DNA from: Escherichia coli
GTDB lineage: Bacteria > Pseudomonadota > Gammaproteobacteria > Enterobacterales > Enterobacteriaceae
Reading direction: 5' to 3' (one strand)
Assembly (NCBI RefSeq): GCF_017348835.2
Contig: NZ_CP071375.1
Length of the DNA: 64,000 nucleotides
The notes under the pieces were generated by a model. It did no database searches, had not been told where the DNA came from, and saw nothing but the letters and a program-made list of their open reading frames with translations. This document shows positions 1 to 13,661 of the stretch, piece by piece. Both the position numbers and the translations under genes were made by a program. Position 1 is the first letter of the stretch; each line of letters begins with the position of its first letter.

Positions 1-2150
<2,150 letters not shown>

Positions 2151-2281
2151 GAAAATAAAACCTTGCAGGAAAAACGGCGATAGCACCGGGTGAGAACAAT
2201 ACCCGAGAAGCGATATCCATACAAACAGATGAAGATTGCAGCCGTAACGTCTATAATCAGCGCCCCACACAGAGGTAGAAC

Positions 2282-3616
2282 ATGACTGTAACGACTTTTT
2301 CCGAACTTGAACTCGACGAAAGCCTGCTGGAAGCCCTCCAGGATAAAGGTTTCACTCGCCCGACCGCCATTCAGGCTGCCGCCATTCCGCCTGCGCTCGA
2401 TGGCCGTGATGTACTCGGTTCTGCGCCGACAGGCACCGGTAAAACGGCGGCGTATCTGCTGCCAGCGTTGCAGCACCTGCTCGATTTCCCCCGTAAGAAA
2501 TCCGGTCCGCCGCGTATTTTGATCCTCACCCCAACTCGCGAGCTGGCGATGCAGGTGGCCGATCATGCCCGCGAACTGGCGAAACATACGCATCTGGATA
2601 TCGCCACCATCACCGGCGGCGTAGCCTATATGAACCACGCGGAAGTGTTCAGCGAAAATCAGGACATCGTGGTCGCCACGACCGGACGTCTGCTGCAATA
2701 CATAAAAGAAGAGAACTTCGATTGCCGCGCGGTTGAAACGCTGATCCTCGACGAAGCAGACCGTATGCTGGATATGGGCTTCGCTCAGGATATCGAACAT
2801 ATTGCTGGCGAAACGCGCTGGCGTAAACAGACCCTGCTCTTTTCGGCAACGCTGGAAGGCGATGCGATTCAGGACTTTGCCGAGCGTCTGCTGGAAGATC
2901 CGGTGGAGGTTTCTGCCAATCCGTCCACCCGTGAGCGCAAAAAAATTCATCAGTGGTATTACCGCGCCGATGACCTGGAACATAAAACCGCATTGCTGGT
3001 GCATCTGTTAAAACAGCCGGAAGCGACCCGCTCAATTGTGTTTGTGCGTAAGCGTGAGCGTGTGCATGAGCTGGCAAACTGGCTGCGCGAAGCGGGCATC
3101 AACAACTGCTATCTCGAAGGTGAGATGGTACAGGGCAAGCGTAACGAAGCGATCAAGCGTTTGACCGAAGGTCGCGTAAACGTACTGGTTGCAACCGATG
3201 TTGCCGCGCGCGGTATCGACATTCCTGACGTCAGCCACGTCTTTAACTTCGATATGCCGCGCAGTGGCGATACTTATTTGCACCGTATCGGACGTACCGC
3301 GCGCGCCGGTCGTAAAGGCACCGCAATTTCGCTGGTGGAAGCCCATGACCATTTGCTGCTGGGCAAAGTTGGTCGCTATATTGAAGAGCCAATTAAAGCT
3401 CGCGTAATTGATGAGTTACGCCCGAAAACGCGTGCACCAAGCGAGAAGCAGACCGGCAAGCCATCGAAGAAAGTACTGGCAAAACGCGCCGAGAAGAAAA
3501 AAGCTAAAGAGAAAGAGAAGCCGCGGGTGAAAAAACGCCATCGCGATACCAAAAATATTGGTAAGCGCCGTAAACCAAGCGGAACGGGCGTGCCACCGCA
3601 AACGACAGAAGAGTAA
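2282..3616 (+). CDS. srmB: DEAD-box ATP-dependent RNA helicase SrmB
   Basis: 444-aa ORF with Q motif, Walker A (APTGTGKT), DEAD box (LDEADRM), SAT and HRIGRTAR motifs and a basic C-terminal tail. Confidence 0.95.
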   Translation: MTVTTFSELELDESLLEALQDKGFTRPTAIQAAAIPPALDGRDVLGSAPTGTGKTAAYLLPALQHLLDFPRKKSGPPRILILTPTRELAMQVADHARELAKHTHLDIATITGGVAYMNHAEVFSENQDIVVATTGRLLQYIKEENFDCRAVETLILDEADRMLDMGFAQDIEHIAGETRWRKQTLLFSATLEGDAIQDFAERLLEDPVEVSANPSTRERKKIHQWYYRADDLEHKTALLVHLLKQPEATRSIVFVRKRERVHELANWLREAGINNCYLEGEMVQGKRNEAIKRLTEGRVNVLVATDVAARGIDIPDVSHVFNFDMPRSGDTYLHRIGRTARAGRKGTAISLVEAHDHLLLGKVGRYIEEPIKARVIDELRPKTRAPSEKQTGKPSKKVLAKRAEKKKAKEKEKPRVKKRHRDTKNIGKRRKPSGTGVPPQTTEE

Positions 3617-3619
3617 TCT

Positions 3620-3650
3620 CAATGCCGGGTTTAAGCCCGGCATTATTTTT
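3620..3650. terminator. GC-rich hairpin with flanking T/A runs between convergent srmB and yfiE
   Basis: Inverted repeat aatgccgggtttaagcccggcatt followed by a T run. Confidence 0.5.
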
Positions 3651-4530
3651 ATCCCGGCAAAAAACAATCTTCAACACACTGAATAAAAATGTGCATCGCC
3701 GGGCTAACTGCTTTTCCGGCATGGTGAGCGCACATTGCCGTAATGGTCTGCGAGTGTTCGCCAAAAGGCAATTCAATTAATTCTCCGCTCTCAAGCTCTT
3801 TTTCCACCGCAAAGCGGGGCAAGTAACTGACACCGATATTCGCCGCGACACAACGTTTGATACTTTCAATGCTTAACAGCTCAATGGTGTTTTCCACCGT
3901 GATCCGCCGCTGGCGCAGCGTGCTCTCAAATATCTGCCGGAATACACATTGCGGTTCGTTGATAATAAAGCTACAGGCGTTATGTCTTCCCGGCTCAGTA
4001 AAATCGACATCTGCAATTTGCGGTGAAGCTACCAGCACCAGCGATTGCTCACCCAATTCTCGTCGGTTCAGGGCATCATCATTCCCTACGCGATAAAAAA
4101 CCCCGACATCGGCCTCATCATTCAGTAGCGCATCACGGATCACGTAACAGTTCAGAGACTGCAACGATAAACGCACTTTTGGGGCGCGTTGCCGAAAACG
4201 CTGCAACACCTGCGGCATTCGGTAAGAGAGCAACGTTTCGCCCGAAACAACGCGTAGTTCCCCGTCCGGATCCGACTCCTTTTTGGCAGCCTCACGAAGG
4301 GTATCCATCACTCTGGTGAGTTCATAAATGTGCGGCAGCAGCTTTTTACCTTCGCGAGTGAGGCACATCCGTCGGCCAATTTTCTCAAATAACTGTACCG
4401 AGAACTCCTGCTCAAGCTGCTGAATATGAAAAGTCACCGTCGATTGTGTACAGCACAATTTTTGCGAAGCTCGCAAAAAGGAACCCTCTTCCACCACGGT
4501 TTTAAGCGTAATAAAACGGCGCAAATCCAT
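3649..4530 (-). CDS. yfiE: LysR-family transcriptional regulator
   Basis: ORF 3649..4575; start chosen at MDLRRFITLKTVVEEGSF (293 aa); N-terminal LysR helix-turn-helix signature. Confidence 0.85.
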   Translation of the reverse strand: MDLRRFITLKTVVEEGSFLRASQKLCCTQSTVTFHIQQLEQEFSVQLFEKIGRRMCLTREGKKLLPHIYELTRVMDTLREAAKKESDPDGELRVVSGETLLSYRMPQVLQRFRQRAPKVRLSLQSLNCYVIRDALLNDEADVGVFYRVGNDDALNRRELGEQSLVLVASPQIADVDFTEPGRHNACSFIINEPQCVFRQIFESTLRQRRITVENTIELLSIESIKRCVAANIGVSYLPRFAVEKELESGELIELPFGEHSQTITAMCAHHAGKAVSPAMHIFIQCVEDCFLPG

Positions 4531-4632
4531 AACCCCAAACCTATCGAAAATATCGAATTTAGAATGTAAAAACATTCATTTTTTTAAATGTTCCGTGTCG
4601 GGTACTGTCTACCAAAACAGAGGAGATAACAA

Positions 4633-5220
4633 GTGACACCGACCCTTTTAAGTGCTTTTTGGACTTACACCCTGATTACCGCCATGACGCCAGGACCGAA
4701 CAATATTCTCGCCCTTAGCTCAGCCACAACGCACGGATTTCGTCAGAGTACCCGCGTGCTGGCAGGGATGAGTCTGGGATTTTTAATCGTCATGTTGCTG
4801 TGTGCGGGCATTTCGTTTTCACTGGCTGTTATCGACCCGGCAGCTGTGCATCTGTTGAGTTGGGCGGGGGCGGCATATATTGTCTGGCTGGCGTGGAAAA
4901 TCGCTACCAGTCCAACAAAGGAAGACGGGCTTCAGACAAAACCAATCAATTTTTGGGCCAGCTTTGCTTTGCAGTTTGTGAACGTCAAAATCATTTTGTA
5001 CGGTGTTACGGCACTGTCGACATTTGTTCTGCCGCAAACACAGGCGTTAAGCTGGGTAGTTGGCGTCAGTGTTTTGCTGGCGATGATTGGGACGTTTGGC
5101 AATGTGTGCTGGGCGCTGGCGGGGCATCTGTTTCAGCGATTGTTTCGCCAGTATGGTCGCCAGTTAAATATCGTGCTGGCGCTGCTGCTGATCTATTGCG
5201 CGGTACGCATTTTCTATTAA
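4633..5220 (+). CDS. eamB: Cysteine/O-acetylserine efflux protein (RhtB/LysE family)
   Basis: 195-aa hydrophobic ORF with GTG start at 4633; divergent from yfiE; sequence recognised as EamB (YfiK). Confidence 0.9.
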   Translation: MTPTLLSAFWTYTLITAMTPGPNNILALSSATTHGFRQSTRVLAGMSLGFLIVMLLCAGISFSLAVIDPAAVHLLSWAGAAYIVWLAWKIATSPTKEDGLQTKPINFWASFALQFVNVKIILYGVTALSTFVLPQTQALSWVVGVSVLLAMIGTFGNVCWALAGHLFQRLFRQYGRQLNIVLALLLIYCAVRIFY

Positions 5221-5228
5221 TGAAAAAA

Positions 5229-5257
5229 AGCGGAAGAGGTCGCCCTCTTCCGCTTAG
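5229..5257. terminator. Bidirectional hairpin terminator between eamB and grcA
   Basis: Inverted repeat agcggaagagg...cctcttccgct flanked by A and T runs. Confidence 0.5.
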
Positions 5258-5275
5258 TAACTTGCTACTTAAGCC

Positions 5276-5659
5276 TTACAGGCTTTCAGTAAAGGTACGA
5301 GCGATAACGTCGCGCTGCTGTTCCGGAGTCAGAGAGTTAAAGCGAACTGCATAACCGGATACACGGATGGTCAGCTGCGGATATTTTTCCGGATGCTTAA
5401 CTGCATCTTCCAGAGTTTCACGACGCAGAACGTTAACGTTCAGGTGTTGACCACCTTCAACGCGAACTTCTGGTTTCACTTCTACTGGAACTTCACGGTA
5501 TTCAATGTCACCCAGTTTGCTTACTGCAACCACTTCATCTTCTGCATAACCTGCTTTTGCAACGATGCAACGCGCTTCGCCTTTTTCGCTGTCCAGCAGC
5601 CAGAAAGAGTTCAGCAGATCGTCGTTAGCGGCTTTAGTAATCTGGATACCTGTAATCAT
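5276..5659 (-). CDS. grcA: Autonomous glycyl-radical cofactor (stress-induced alternate pyruvate formate-lyase subunit)
   Basis: ORF 5276..5677; start at [10 protein letters not shown] (127 aa); glycyl-radical motif RVSGYAV near the C-terminus. Confidence 0.93.
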
Positions 5660-5963
5660 GTGATGCCTCCCCGGCAAAATTATTTGATTTGTTCAGCCTG
5701 TCGCGGCCAATTGGTAAAACCATTGTTGCTTGAGTGTATATATACTCCTCAACCACCCTTGATTCTTTGATTTAAATCAATAAAAACCACACATCGATTG
5801 TGGTTGTAAATGGATTTTATTGTTTTACATCAACTTATGCGGGTGTGAAATTTTACCAATTTACATTTTTTTGCACTCGTTTAAGTCTAAAAAATGAGCA
5901 TGATTTTGTTCTGTAGAAAGAAGCAGTTAAGCTAGGCGGATTGAAGATTCGCAGGAGAGCGAG

Positions 5964-6653
5964 ATGGCTAACGAATTAACCTGGCATGACGTGCTGGCTG
6001 AAGAGAAGCAGCAACCCTATTTTCTTAATACCCTTCAGACCGTCGCCAGCGAGCGGCAGTCCGGCGTCACTATCTATCCACCACAAAAAGATGTCTTTAA
6101 CGCGTTCCGCTTTACCGAGTTGGGTGACGTTAAAGTGGTGATTCTCGGCCAGGATCCTTATCACGGACCGGGACAGGCGCATGGTTTGGCATTTTCCGTT
6201 CGCCCCGGAATCGCCACTCCTCCGTCACTGCTGAATATGTATAAAGAGCTGGAAAATACTATTCCGGGCTTCACCCGCCCTAATCATGGTTATCTTGAAA
6301 GCTGGGCGCGTCAGGGCGTTCTGCTACTCAATACTGTGTTGACGGTACGCGCAGGTCAGGCGCATTCCCACGCCAGCCTCGGCTGGGAAACCTTCACCGA
6401 TAAAGTGATCAGCCTGATTAACCAGCATCGCGAAGGCGTGGTGTTTTTGTTGTGGGGATCGCATGCGCAAAAGAAAGGGGCGATTATAGATAAGCAACGC
6501 CATCACGTACTGAAAGCACCGCATCCGTCACCGCTTTCTGCGCATCGTGGATTCTTTGGCTGTAACCATTTTGTGCTGGCAAATCAGTGGCTGGAACAAC
6601 ATGGCGAGACGCCGATTGACTGGATGCCAGTATTACCGGCAGAGAGTGAGTAA
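5964..6653 (+). CDS. ung: Uracil-DNA glycosylase
   Basis: 229-aa ORF with GQDPYH and HPSPLS motifs characteristic of family-1 UDG. Confidence 0.95.
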   Translation: MANELTWHDVLAEEKQQPYFLNTLQTVASERQSGVTIYPPQKDVFNAFRFTELGDVKVVILGQDPYHGPGQAHGLAFSVRPGIATPPSLLNMYKELENTIPGFTRPNHGYLESWARQGVLLLNTVLTVRAGQAHSHASLGWETFTDKVISLINQHREGVVFLLWGSHAQKKGAIIDKQRHHVLKAPHPSPLSAHRGFFGCNHFVLANQWLEQHGETPIDWMPVLPAESE

Positions 6654-6700
6654 ATTTGCGGGAAAATGCCGGATGGCAGAGTTGCCACCCGGCTGATTTA

Positions 6701-7738
6701 TCAGGCTTTATTCTGACGCCACCATTCACCAAGCAAAACGCCTGTTGCAACAGAGATATTCAGCCCGGCAACGTTGCCCGTACCGTCAATCTTCACGCGC
6801 AGATCGTTCGGATCGCGTGCGGCATCCGGTAACCCTTCATATTCCTGACCCAGCACCAGTACCATTTTCGCTGGCAGGCTGGTTTTGAACAGCGGTTTCC
6901 CCTGCTCGCTGGAAGTTGTCACTACGGTGTAACCCGCCTGACGGAAATCATCCAGCACGTTAACAATGTTGTCGCCAGTAATCGGCTGAACGTGCTCTGC
7001 GCCGCCTTCTGCGGTACGGATAGCCGCACCCGACTCCAGCAGTGCCGCATCCTGCACCACAACGCCTTTCACGCCGAAGTGCGCACAGCTGCGCATCATG
7101 CCACCCAGGTTATGCGGGTTAGATTCGTTTTCCAGTGCCAGAACGCAATCCTGCGCACCTGCCTGGCTTACCCACTGCTGCACGGTTGTACCGTTACGCT
7201 TTTTGATCAGGAAGCAAACGCCGCCGTGATGTTCCGTGCCTGACGCTTTTGTCAATTCCGCTTCATCTACCACATGGTACGCTTTGCGGTTTGCTGCCAT
7301 CCAGCGCAAGGCTTCTTTAAAACGCGGCGTTACACTCTGGATAAACCAGGCGCGAACAATCGCTTCCGGACGGCTCTGGAACAGTGCCTGACAGGCGTTT
7401 TCGCCGTAGACGCGGGTTTCTTCCGCACGCTGACGACGCAAAACTTCCGGATCAATAAAACTTTTACCACTGATGCCACCGTGATCGGACTTTTCCGGCG
7501 TCTCATCACCCGGCGCGCGGGAAACCGTGCGCCACGGCGAATCTTCCCACTTGCGGTCACGGGGCTGACTCTGTTTGTCATCGCGGGCGGGGCGACGGCC
7601 ACCGTCAGCACGAGATTTTCCTGGACGCCCGCCCCCTTTCCCGGTACGCGGGTTGTGGGTACGTTTATCAGAATCATCATCACTGCGGACATACATCACT
7701 TTGACCTTGCCGCTTTTACCTTTCATTTCATCGTTCAT
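6701..7738 (-). CDS. yfiF: SpoU/TrmH-family RNA 2'-O-methyltransferase
   Basis: ORF 6701..7813; start chosen at MNDEMKGK (345 aa); basic N-terminal extension followed by a SPOUT methyltransferase domain. Confidence 0.85.
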   Translation of the reverse strand: MNDEMKGKSGKVKVMYVRSDDDSDKRTHNPRTGKGGGRPGKSRADGGRRPARDDKQSQPRDRKWEDSPWRTVSRAPGDETPEKSDHGGISGKSFIDPEVLRRQRAEETRVYGENACQALFQSRPEAIVRAWFIQSVTPRFKEALRWMAANRKAYHVVDEAELTKASGTEHHGGVCFLIKKRNGTTVQQWVSQAGAQDCVLALENESNPHNLGGMMRSCAHFGVKGVVVQDAALLESGAAIRTAEGGAEHVQPITGDNIVNVLDDFRQAGYTVVTTSSEQGKPLFKTSLPAKMVLVLGQEYEGLPDAARDPNDLRVKIDGTGNVAGLNISVATGVLLGEWWRQNKA

Positions 7739-7944
7739 GCTTTTCTCCACCAGCGCTGCGCGAAGCGCGCAGATTACCCGAAGTCCGCGCGGTTCGCCAT
7801 GATTTCGTACCAAAGCCTGCGACTATCATACCTATTGAATAAAACAGATTGTTGTCTGGAACAATGTCCCCGATAATATGTAACATATTAGAAACATACC
7901 GGCGTCGTTGCCGATAAGTCTCCTTACTCATCCCGAGGTTAGTT

Positions 7945-8364
7945 ATGAATACCGTTTGTACCCATTGTCAGGCCATCAATCGCATTCCCGACGATCGGAT
8001 CGAAGATGCGGCAAAATGCGGACGCTGCGGTCACGACTTGTTTGACGGAGAGGTGATTAATGCGACCGGTGAAACGCTCGACAAATTGCTGAAAGATGAT
8101 CTACCAGTGGTGATCGACTTCTGGGCACCGTGGTGCGGCCCCTGCCGTAATTTCGCACCAATTTTTGAAGATGTCGCGCAAGAGCGTAGCGGTAAAGTGC
8201 GCTTTGTGAAAGTGAATACCGAAGCTGAACGTGAATTAAGCAGCCGCTTTGGTATTCGCAGTATTCCGACGATCATGATTTTCAAAAACGGTCAGGTTGT
8301 CGACATGCTTAATGGCGCAGTACCGAAAGCGCCGTTCGACAGCTGGTTGAACGAATCTCTTTAA
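7945..8364 (+). CDS. trxC: Thioredoxin 2
   Basis: 139-aa ORF with N-terminal zinc-binding CxxC pairs and the WCGPC active site. Confidence 0.95.
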
Positions 8365-8369
8365 TCTTA

Positions 8370-8398
8370 CCGGGGCGCATCTTGTGCCCCGTTTTCTC
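8370..8398 (+). terminator. Probable trxC intrinsic terminator
   Basis: Hairpin ggggcgcatcttgtgcccc followed by gttttct. Confidence 0.5.
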
Positions 8399-8432
8399 CT
8401 CTGCGACAATGGCGTTTTTTCGACGCTCTCTT

Positions 8433-9131
8433 ATGACCGAAAACGCTGTTCTCCAGTTACGCGCCGAGCGTATTGCGCGCGCAACACGTCCTTTTCTTGC
8501 CCGTGGTAATCGCGTTCGTCGCTGCCAACGCTGTCTTTTGCCAGAGAAATTATGTCTCTGTTCGACAATTACCCCAGCACAAGCAAAAAGTCGCTTCTGT
8601 TTGCTGATGTTCGACACCGAGCCAATGAAGCCCAGTAATACCGGGCGTCTGATTGCTGATATTTTGCCTGATACCGTTGCGTTTCAATGGTCGCGTACCG
8701 AACCCTCGCAAAATTTGCTGGATCTGGTACAAAACCCGGATTATCAGCCAATGGTGGTCTTTCCCGCCTCGTATGCTGATGAGCAACGGGAAGTGATCTT
8801 CACACCACCTGCCGGTAAGCCACCGCTGTTTATCATGCTCGATGGTACCTGGCCGGAAGCTCGCAAGATGTTTCGTAAAAGTCCGTATCTGGATAATCTT
8901 CCCGTCATTTCCGTCGATCTTTCCCGGCTTTCTGCCTATCGCCTGCGTGAAGCCCAGGCTGAAGGCCAATATTGTACTGCCGAGGTAGCCATCGCACTGT
9001 TAGATATGGCCGGCGATACCGGGGCGGCAGCAGGGTTAGGCGAGCATTTTACCCGCTTTAAAACACGCTATCTGGCAGGAAAAACGCAACATCTGGGTAG
9101 CATCACAGCAGAACAGTTAGAAAGCGTTTAA
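8433..9131 (+). CDS. tapT: tRNA-uridine aminocarboxypropyltransferase (DTW domain protein)
   Basis: ORF 8382..9131; start chosen at MTENAVLQLR (232 aa); CxxC...C pattern and DGTW motif. Confidence 0.8.
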   Translation: MTENAVLQLRAERIARATRPFLARGNRVRRCQRCLLPEKLCLCSTITPAQAKSRFCLLMFDTEPMKPSNTGRLIADILPDTVAFQWSRTEPSQNLLDLVQNPDYQPMVVFPASYADEQREVIFTPPAGKPPLFIMLDGTWPEARKMFRKSPYLDNLPVISVDLSRLSAYRLREAQAEGQYCTAEVAIALLDMAGDTGAAAGLGEHFTRFKTRYLAGKTQHLGSITAEQLESV

Positions 9132-9162
9132 AATCATTCGGTCACTTCTGCGGGAGACCGGT

Positions 9163-11823
9163 ATGAGTCAGCGAGGACTGGAAGCACTACTGCGACCAAA
9201 ATCGATAGCGGTAATTGGCGCGTCGATGAAACCCAATCGCGCAGGTTACCTGATGATGCGTAACCTGCTGGCGGGAGGCTTTAACGGACCGGTACTCCCG
9301 GTGACGCCAGCCTGGAAAGCGGTGTTGGGTGTGTTGGCCTGGCCGGATATTGCCAGCTTGCCCTTTACACCCGACCTTGCGGTTTTATGTACCAATGCCA
9401 GCCGTAATCTTGCTCTTCTGGAAGAGCTCGGCGAGAAAGGCTGTAAAACCTGCATTATTCTTTCCGCCCCGGCATCGCAACACGAAGATCTCCGCGCCTG
9501 CGCCCTGCGCCATAACATGCGCCTGCTTGGACCAAACAGTCTGGGTTTACTGGCTCCCTGGCAAGGTCTGAATGCCAGCTTTTCGCCGGTACCTATTAAA
9601 CGCGGCAAGCTGGCGTTTATTTCACAATCGGCTGCCGTCTCCAACACCATCCTCGACTGGGCGCAACAGCGTGAGATGGGCTTTTCCTACTTTATTGCGC
9701 TCGGCGACAGCCTGGATATCGACGTTGATGAATTGCTTGACTATCTGGCACGCGACAGTAAAACCAGCGCCATCCTGCTCTATCTCGAACAGTTAAGCGA
9801 CGCGCGACGCTTTGTTTCGGCGGCCCGTAGTGCCTCGCGTAATAAACCGATTCTGGTGATTAAAAGCGGACGTAGCCCGGCGGCACAGCGACTGCTCAAC
9901 ACGACGGCAGGAATGGACCCGGCATGGGATGCGGCTATTCAGCGTGCCGGTTTGTTGCGGGTACAGGACACCCACGAACTGTTTTCGGCGGTAGAAACCC
10001 TTAGCCATATGCGCCCGCTGCGTGGCGACCGGTTGATGATTATCAGCAACGGTGCTGCGCCTGCCGCGCTGGCGCTGGATGCCTTATGGTCACGCAATGG
10101 CAAGCAGGCAACACTAAGCGAAGAAACCTGCCAGAAACTGCGCGATGCACTGCCAGGACATGTGGCAATCTCTAACCCGCTCGATCTGCGCGATGACGCC
10201 AGCAGCGAGCATTATGTCAAAACGCTGGACATTCTGCTCCATAGCCAGGATTTTGATGCGCTGATGGTTATTCATTCGCCCAGCGCCGCTGCTCCCGCAA
10301 CAGAAAGTGCGCAAGCATTAATTGAAGCAGTAAAGCATCATCCCCGCAGCAAGTATGTTTCTCTGCTGACGAACTGGTGCGGCGAGCACTCCTCGCAAGA
10401 GGCACGACGTTTATTCAGCGAAGCCGGGCTGCCGACCTATCGTACCCCGGAAGGAACCATCACTGCTTTTATGCATATGGTGGAGTACCGGCGTAATCAG
10501 AAGCAACTACGCGAAACGCCGGCGTTGCCCAGCAATCTGACTTCCAATACCGCAAAAGCGCATCTTCTGTTGCAACAGGCGATTGCCGAAGGGGCTACGT
10601 CGCTCGATACCCATGAAGTTCAGCCCATCCTGCAAGCGTATGGCATGAACACGCTCCCTACCTGGATTGCCAGTGATAGCACGGAAGCGGTGCATATTGC
10701 CGAACAGATTGGTTATCCGGTGGCGCTGAAATTGCGTTCGCCGGATATTCCACATAAATCGGAAGTTCAGGGCGTCATGCTTTACTTGCGCACAGCCAAT
10801 GAAGTCCAGCAAGCGGCAAACGCTATTTTCGATCGCGTAAAAATGACCTGGCCGCAGGCGCGGGTCCACGGCCTGTTGGTGCAAAGTATGGCTAACCGTG
10901 CTGGCGCTCAGGAGTTGCGGGTTGTGGTTGAGCACGATCCGGTTTTTGGGCCGTTGATCATGCTGGGTGAAGGCGGTGTGGAGTGGCGTCCTGAAGATCA
11001 AGCCGTCGTCGCACTGCCGCCGCTGAATATGAACCTGGCCCGCTATCTGGTTATTCAGGGGATCAAAAGTAAAAAGATTCGTGCGCGCAGTGCGCTACGC
11101 CCATTGGATGTTGCAGGCTTGAGCCAGCTTCTGGTGCAGGTTTCCAACTTGATTGTCGATTGCCCGGAAATTCAGCGTCTGGATATTCATCCTTTGCTGG
11201 CTTCTGGCAGTGAATTTACCGCGCTGGATGTCACGCTGGATATCGCGCCGTTTGAAGGCGATAACGAGAGTCGGCTGGCAGTGCGCCCTTATCCGCATCA
11301 GCTGGAAGAATGGGTAGAATTGAAAAACGGTGAACGCTGCTTGTTCCGCCCGATTTTGCCAGAAGATGAGCCACAACTTCAGCAATTCATTTCGCGAGTC
11401 ACCAAAGAAGATCTTTATTACCGCTACTTTAGCGAGATCAACGAATTTACCCATGAAGATTTAGCCAACATGACGCAGATCGACTACGATCGGGAAATGG
11501 CGTTTGTAGCGGTACGACGTATTGATCAAACGGAAGAGATCCTCGGCGTCACGCGTGCGATCTCCGACCCTGATAACATCGATGCCGAATTTGCCGTGCT
11601 GGTTCGCTCGGATCTCAAAGGGTTAGGCTTAGGTCGACGCTTAATGGAAAAGTTGATTACCTATACGCGAGATCACGGACTACAACGTCTGAATGGTATT
11701 ACGATGCCAAATAATCGTGGCATGGTGGCGCTGGCCCGCAAGCTCGGGTTTAACGTTGATATCCAGCTCGAAGAGGGGATCGTTGGGCTTACGCTAAATC
11801 TTGCCCAACGCGAGGAATCATGA
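9163..11823 (+). CDS. patZ: Protein lysine acetyltransferase (NDP-forming acyl-CoA synthetase-like domain fused to GNAT domain)
   Basis: 886-aa ORF; N-terminal CoA-binding and ATP-grasp regions, C-terminal GNAT acetyltransferase; recognised as Pka/YfiQ. Confidence 0.92.
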   Translation: MSQRGLEALLRPKSIAVIGASMKPNRAGYLMMRNLLAGGFNGPVLPVTPAWKAVLGVLAWPDIASLPFTPDLAVLCTNASRNLALLEELGEKGCKTCIILSAPASQHEDLRACALRHNMRLLGPNSLGLLAPWQGLNASFSPVPIKRGKLAFISQSAAVSNTILDWAQQREMGFSYFIALGDSLDIDVDELLDYLARDSKTSAILLYLEQLSDARRFVSAARSASRNKPILVIKSGRSPAAQRLLNTTAGMDPAWDAAIQRAGLLRVQDTHELFSAVETLSHMRPLRGDRLMIISNGAAPAALALDALWSRNGKQATLSEETCQKLRDALPGHVAISNPLDLRDDASSEHYVKTLDILLHSQDFDALMVIHSPSAAAPATESAQALIEAVKHHPRSKYVSLLTNWCGEHSSQEARRLFSEAGLPTYRTPEGTITAFMHMVEYRRNQKQLRETPALPSNLTSNTAKAHLLLQQAIAEGATSLDTHEVQPILQAYGMNTLPTWIASDSTEAVHIAEQIGYPVALKLRSPDIPHKSEVQGVMLYLRTANEVQQAANAIFDRVKMTWPQARVHGLLVQSMANRAGAQELRVVVEHDPVFGPLIMLGEGGVEWRPEDQAVVALPPLNMNLARYLVIQGIKSKKIRARSALRPLDVAGLSQLLVQVSNLIVDCPEIQRLDIHPLLASGSEFTALDVTLDIAPFEGDNESRLAVRPYPHQLEEWVELKNGERCLFRPILPEDEPQLQQFISRVTKEDLYYRYFSEINEFTHEDLANMTQIDYDREMAFVAVRRIDQTEEILGVTRAISDPDNIDAEFAVLVRSDLKGLGLGRRLMEKLITYTRDHGLQRLNGITMPNNRGMVALARKLGFNVDIQLEEGIVGLTLNLAQREES

Positions 11824-11936
11824 GTAAGGTACTGGAAATGTTGACCACTTAATCGGGACTGGTGTTATTATTGCCCGCTTATGTCGTCTGCATTGCACAG
11901 AGGACCCTTCAATGAACAGAGAAGAAATGCACTGTG

Positions 11937-13292
11937 ATGTTGTCAAAATTTAAGCGTAATAAACATCAACAACACCTTGCCCAACTACCCAAGATTTCTC
12001 AATCAGTTGATGATGTCGATTTCTTTTACGCTCCCGCCGACTTCCGGGAGACGCTGCTGGAAAAAATAGCCAGCGCGAAGCAGCGCATTTGCATTGTCGC
12101 CCTGTATCTCGAACAGGATGACGGTGGCAAAGGCATTCTGAACGCGTTGTATGAAGCTAAAAGGCAGCGTCCGGAACTGGATGTGCGGGTGCTGGTCGAC
12201 TGGCATCGTGCACAACGTGGACGCATTGGCGCTGCGGCATCTAACACTAACGCTGACTGGTACTGCCGCATGGCGCAGGAAAATCCGGGCGTAGATGTTC
12301 CGGTTTATGGCGTTCCAATCAATACCCGTGAAGCCCTTGGTGTTCTGCACTTTAAAGGCTTTATCATCGACGATAGCGTACTTTATAGCGGTGCCAGCCT
12401 GAACGATGTTTACCTGCATCAGCACGATAAATATCGCTACGACCGTTATCATCTTATCCGTAACCGTAAGATGTCAGACATTATGTTTGAATGGGTTACA
12501 CAGAATATTATGAATGGCCGCGGCGTTAATCGTCTGGATGATGTTAATCGGCCAAAAAGCCCGGAAATCAAGAATGATATTCGTCTGTTCCGCCAGGAGC
12601 TGCGTGATGCCGCTTATCATTTCCAAGGCGATGCCGACAACGATCAGCTTTCCGTAACGCCGCTAGTGGGGCTGGGGAAATCGAGTCTGTTGAACAAGAC
12701 CATTTTCCATCTTATGCCTTGTGCCGAGCAGAAACTAACCATCTGTACGCCATACTTCAACCTGCCAGCAATCCTTGTGCGCAATATTATCCAGTTGCTG
12801 CGCGAAGGGAAAAAGGTCGAAATTATTGTTGGTGATAAAACCGCGAACGACTTCTACATTCCGGAAGATGAACCTTTCAAGATAATTGGCGCATTGCCTT
12901 ATCTCTATGAGATCAATCTGCGTCGTTTCCTGAGCCGTTTGCAGTATTACGTCAATACTGACCAGCTAGTGGTTCGGTTATGGAAAGATGACGACAACAC
13001 CTATCACCTAAAAGGGATGTGGGTTGATGATAAGTGGATGTTGATCACCGGTAATAACCTGAACCCGCGCGCCTGGCGTCTGGATCTGGAAAACGCCATT
13101 TTGATCCACGATCCACAACTGGAGCTTGCGCCGCAGCGAGAGAAAGAACTGGAGCTGATCCGCGAGCATACCACCATCGTTAAGCACTATCGCGATCTGC
13201 AAAGTATTGCCGATTATCCGGTGAAGGTTCGTAAACTCATCCGCCGTTTGCGCCGTATCCGCATCGACCGATTAATTAGCCGCATCCTGTAA
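11937..13292 (+). CDS. pssA: CDP-diacylglycerol--serine O-phosphatidyltransferase (phosphatidylserine synthase)
   Basis: ORF 11934..13292 (GTG then ATG); 451 aa from the ATG; two HKD-type phospholipase-D motifs. Confidence 0.93.
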   Translation: MLSKFKRNKHQQHLAQLPKISQSVDDVDFFYAPADFRETLLEKIASAKQRICIVALYLEQDDGGKGILNALYEAKRQRPELDVRVLVDWHRAQRGRIGAAASNTNADWYCRMAQENPGVDVPVYGVPINTREALGVLHFKGFIIDDSVLYSGASLNDVYLHQHDKYRYDRYHLIRNRKMSDIMFEWVTQNIMNGRGVNRLDDVNRPKSPEIKNDIRLFRQELRDAAYHFQGDADNDQLSVTPLVGLGKSSLLNKTIFHLMPCAEQKLTICTPYFNLPAILVRNIIQLLREGKKVEIIVGDKTANDFYIPEDEPFKIIGALPYLYEINLRRFLSRLQYYVNTDQLVVRLWKDDDNTYHLKGMWVDDKWMLITGNNLNPRAWRLDLENAILIHDPQLELAPQREKELELIREHTTIVKHYRDLQSIADYPVKVRKLIRRLRRIRIDRLISRIL

Positions 13293-13298
13293 TCACAA

Positions 13299-13326
13299 CC
13301 CCGTCCTGTACGGGGTTTGTTTTTTG
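13299..13326 (+). terminator. Probable pssA intrinsic terminator
   Basis: Hairpin ccccgtcctgtacgggg followed by tttgttttttgg. Confidence 0.5.
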
Positions 13327-13337
13327 GAGGCCACGTT

Positions 13338-13661
13338 TTGCGTATTCTTTTTGTCTGTTCGCTATTGTTACTTTCTGGATGCAGCCATATGGCTAACGAT
13401 AGCTGGAGCGGGCAGGATAAAGCTCAACACTTTATCGCCTCGGCGATGCTTTCCGCCGCCGGAAATGAATATTCACAGCATCAGGGGATGAGCCGGGATC
13501 GCAGTGCCATGTTTGGATTGATGTTCTCTGTCAGTTTGGGGGCGTCAAAAGAGCTTTGGGATAGCCGCCCCGAAGGGAGCGGCTGGAGCTGGAAGGATTT
13601 GGCCTGGGATGTCGCCGGTGCAAGCACCGGCTATACCGTCTGGCAACTGACCCGTCACTAA
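13338..13661 (+). CDS. yfiM: Small lipoprotein YfiM
   Basis: ORF 13317..13661; likely TTG start giving [15 protein letters not shown] with a lipobox cysteine; exact start uncertain. Confidence 0.7.
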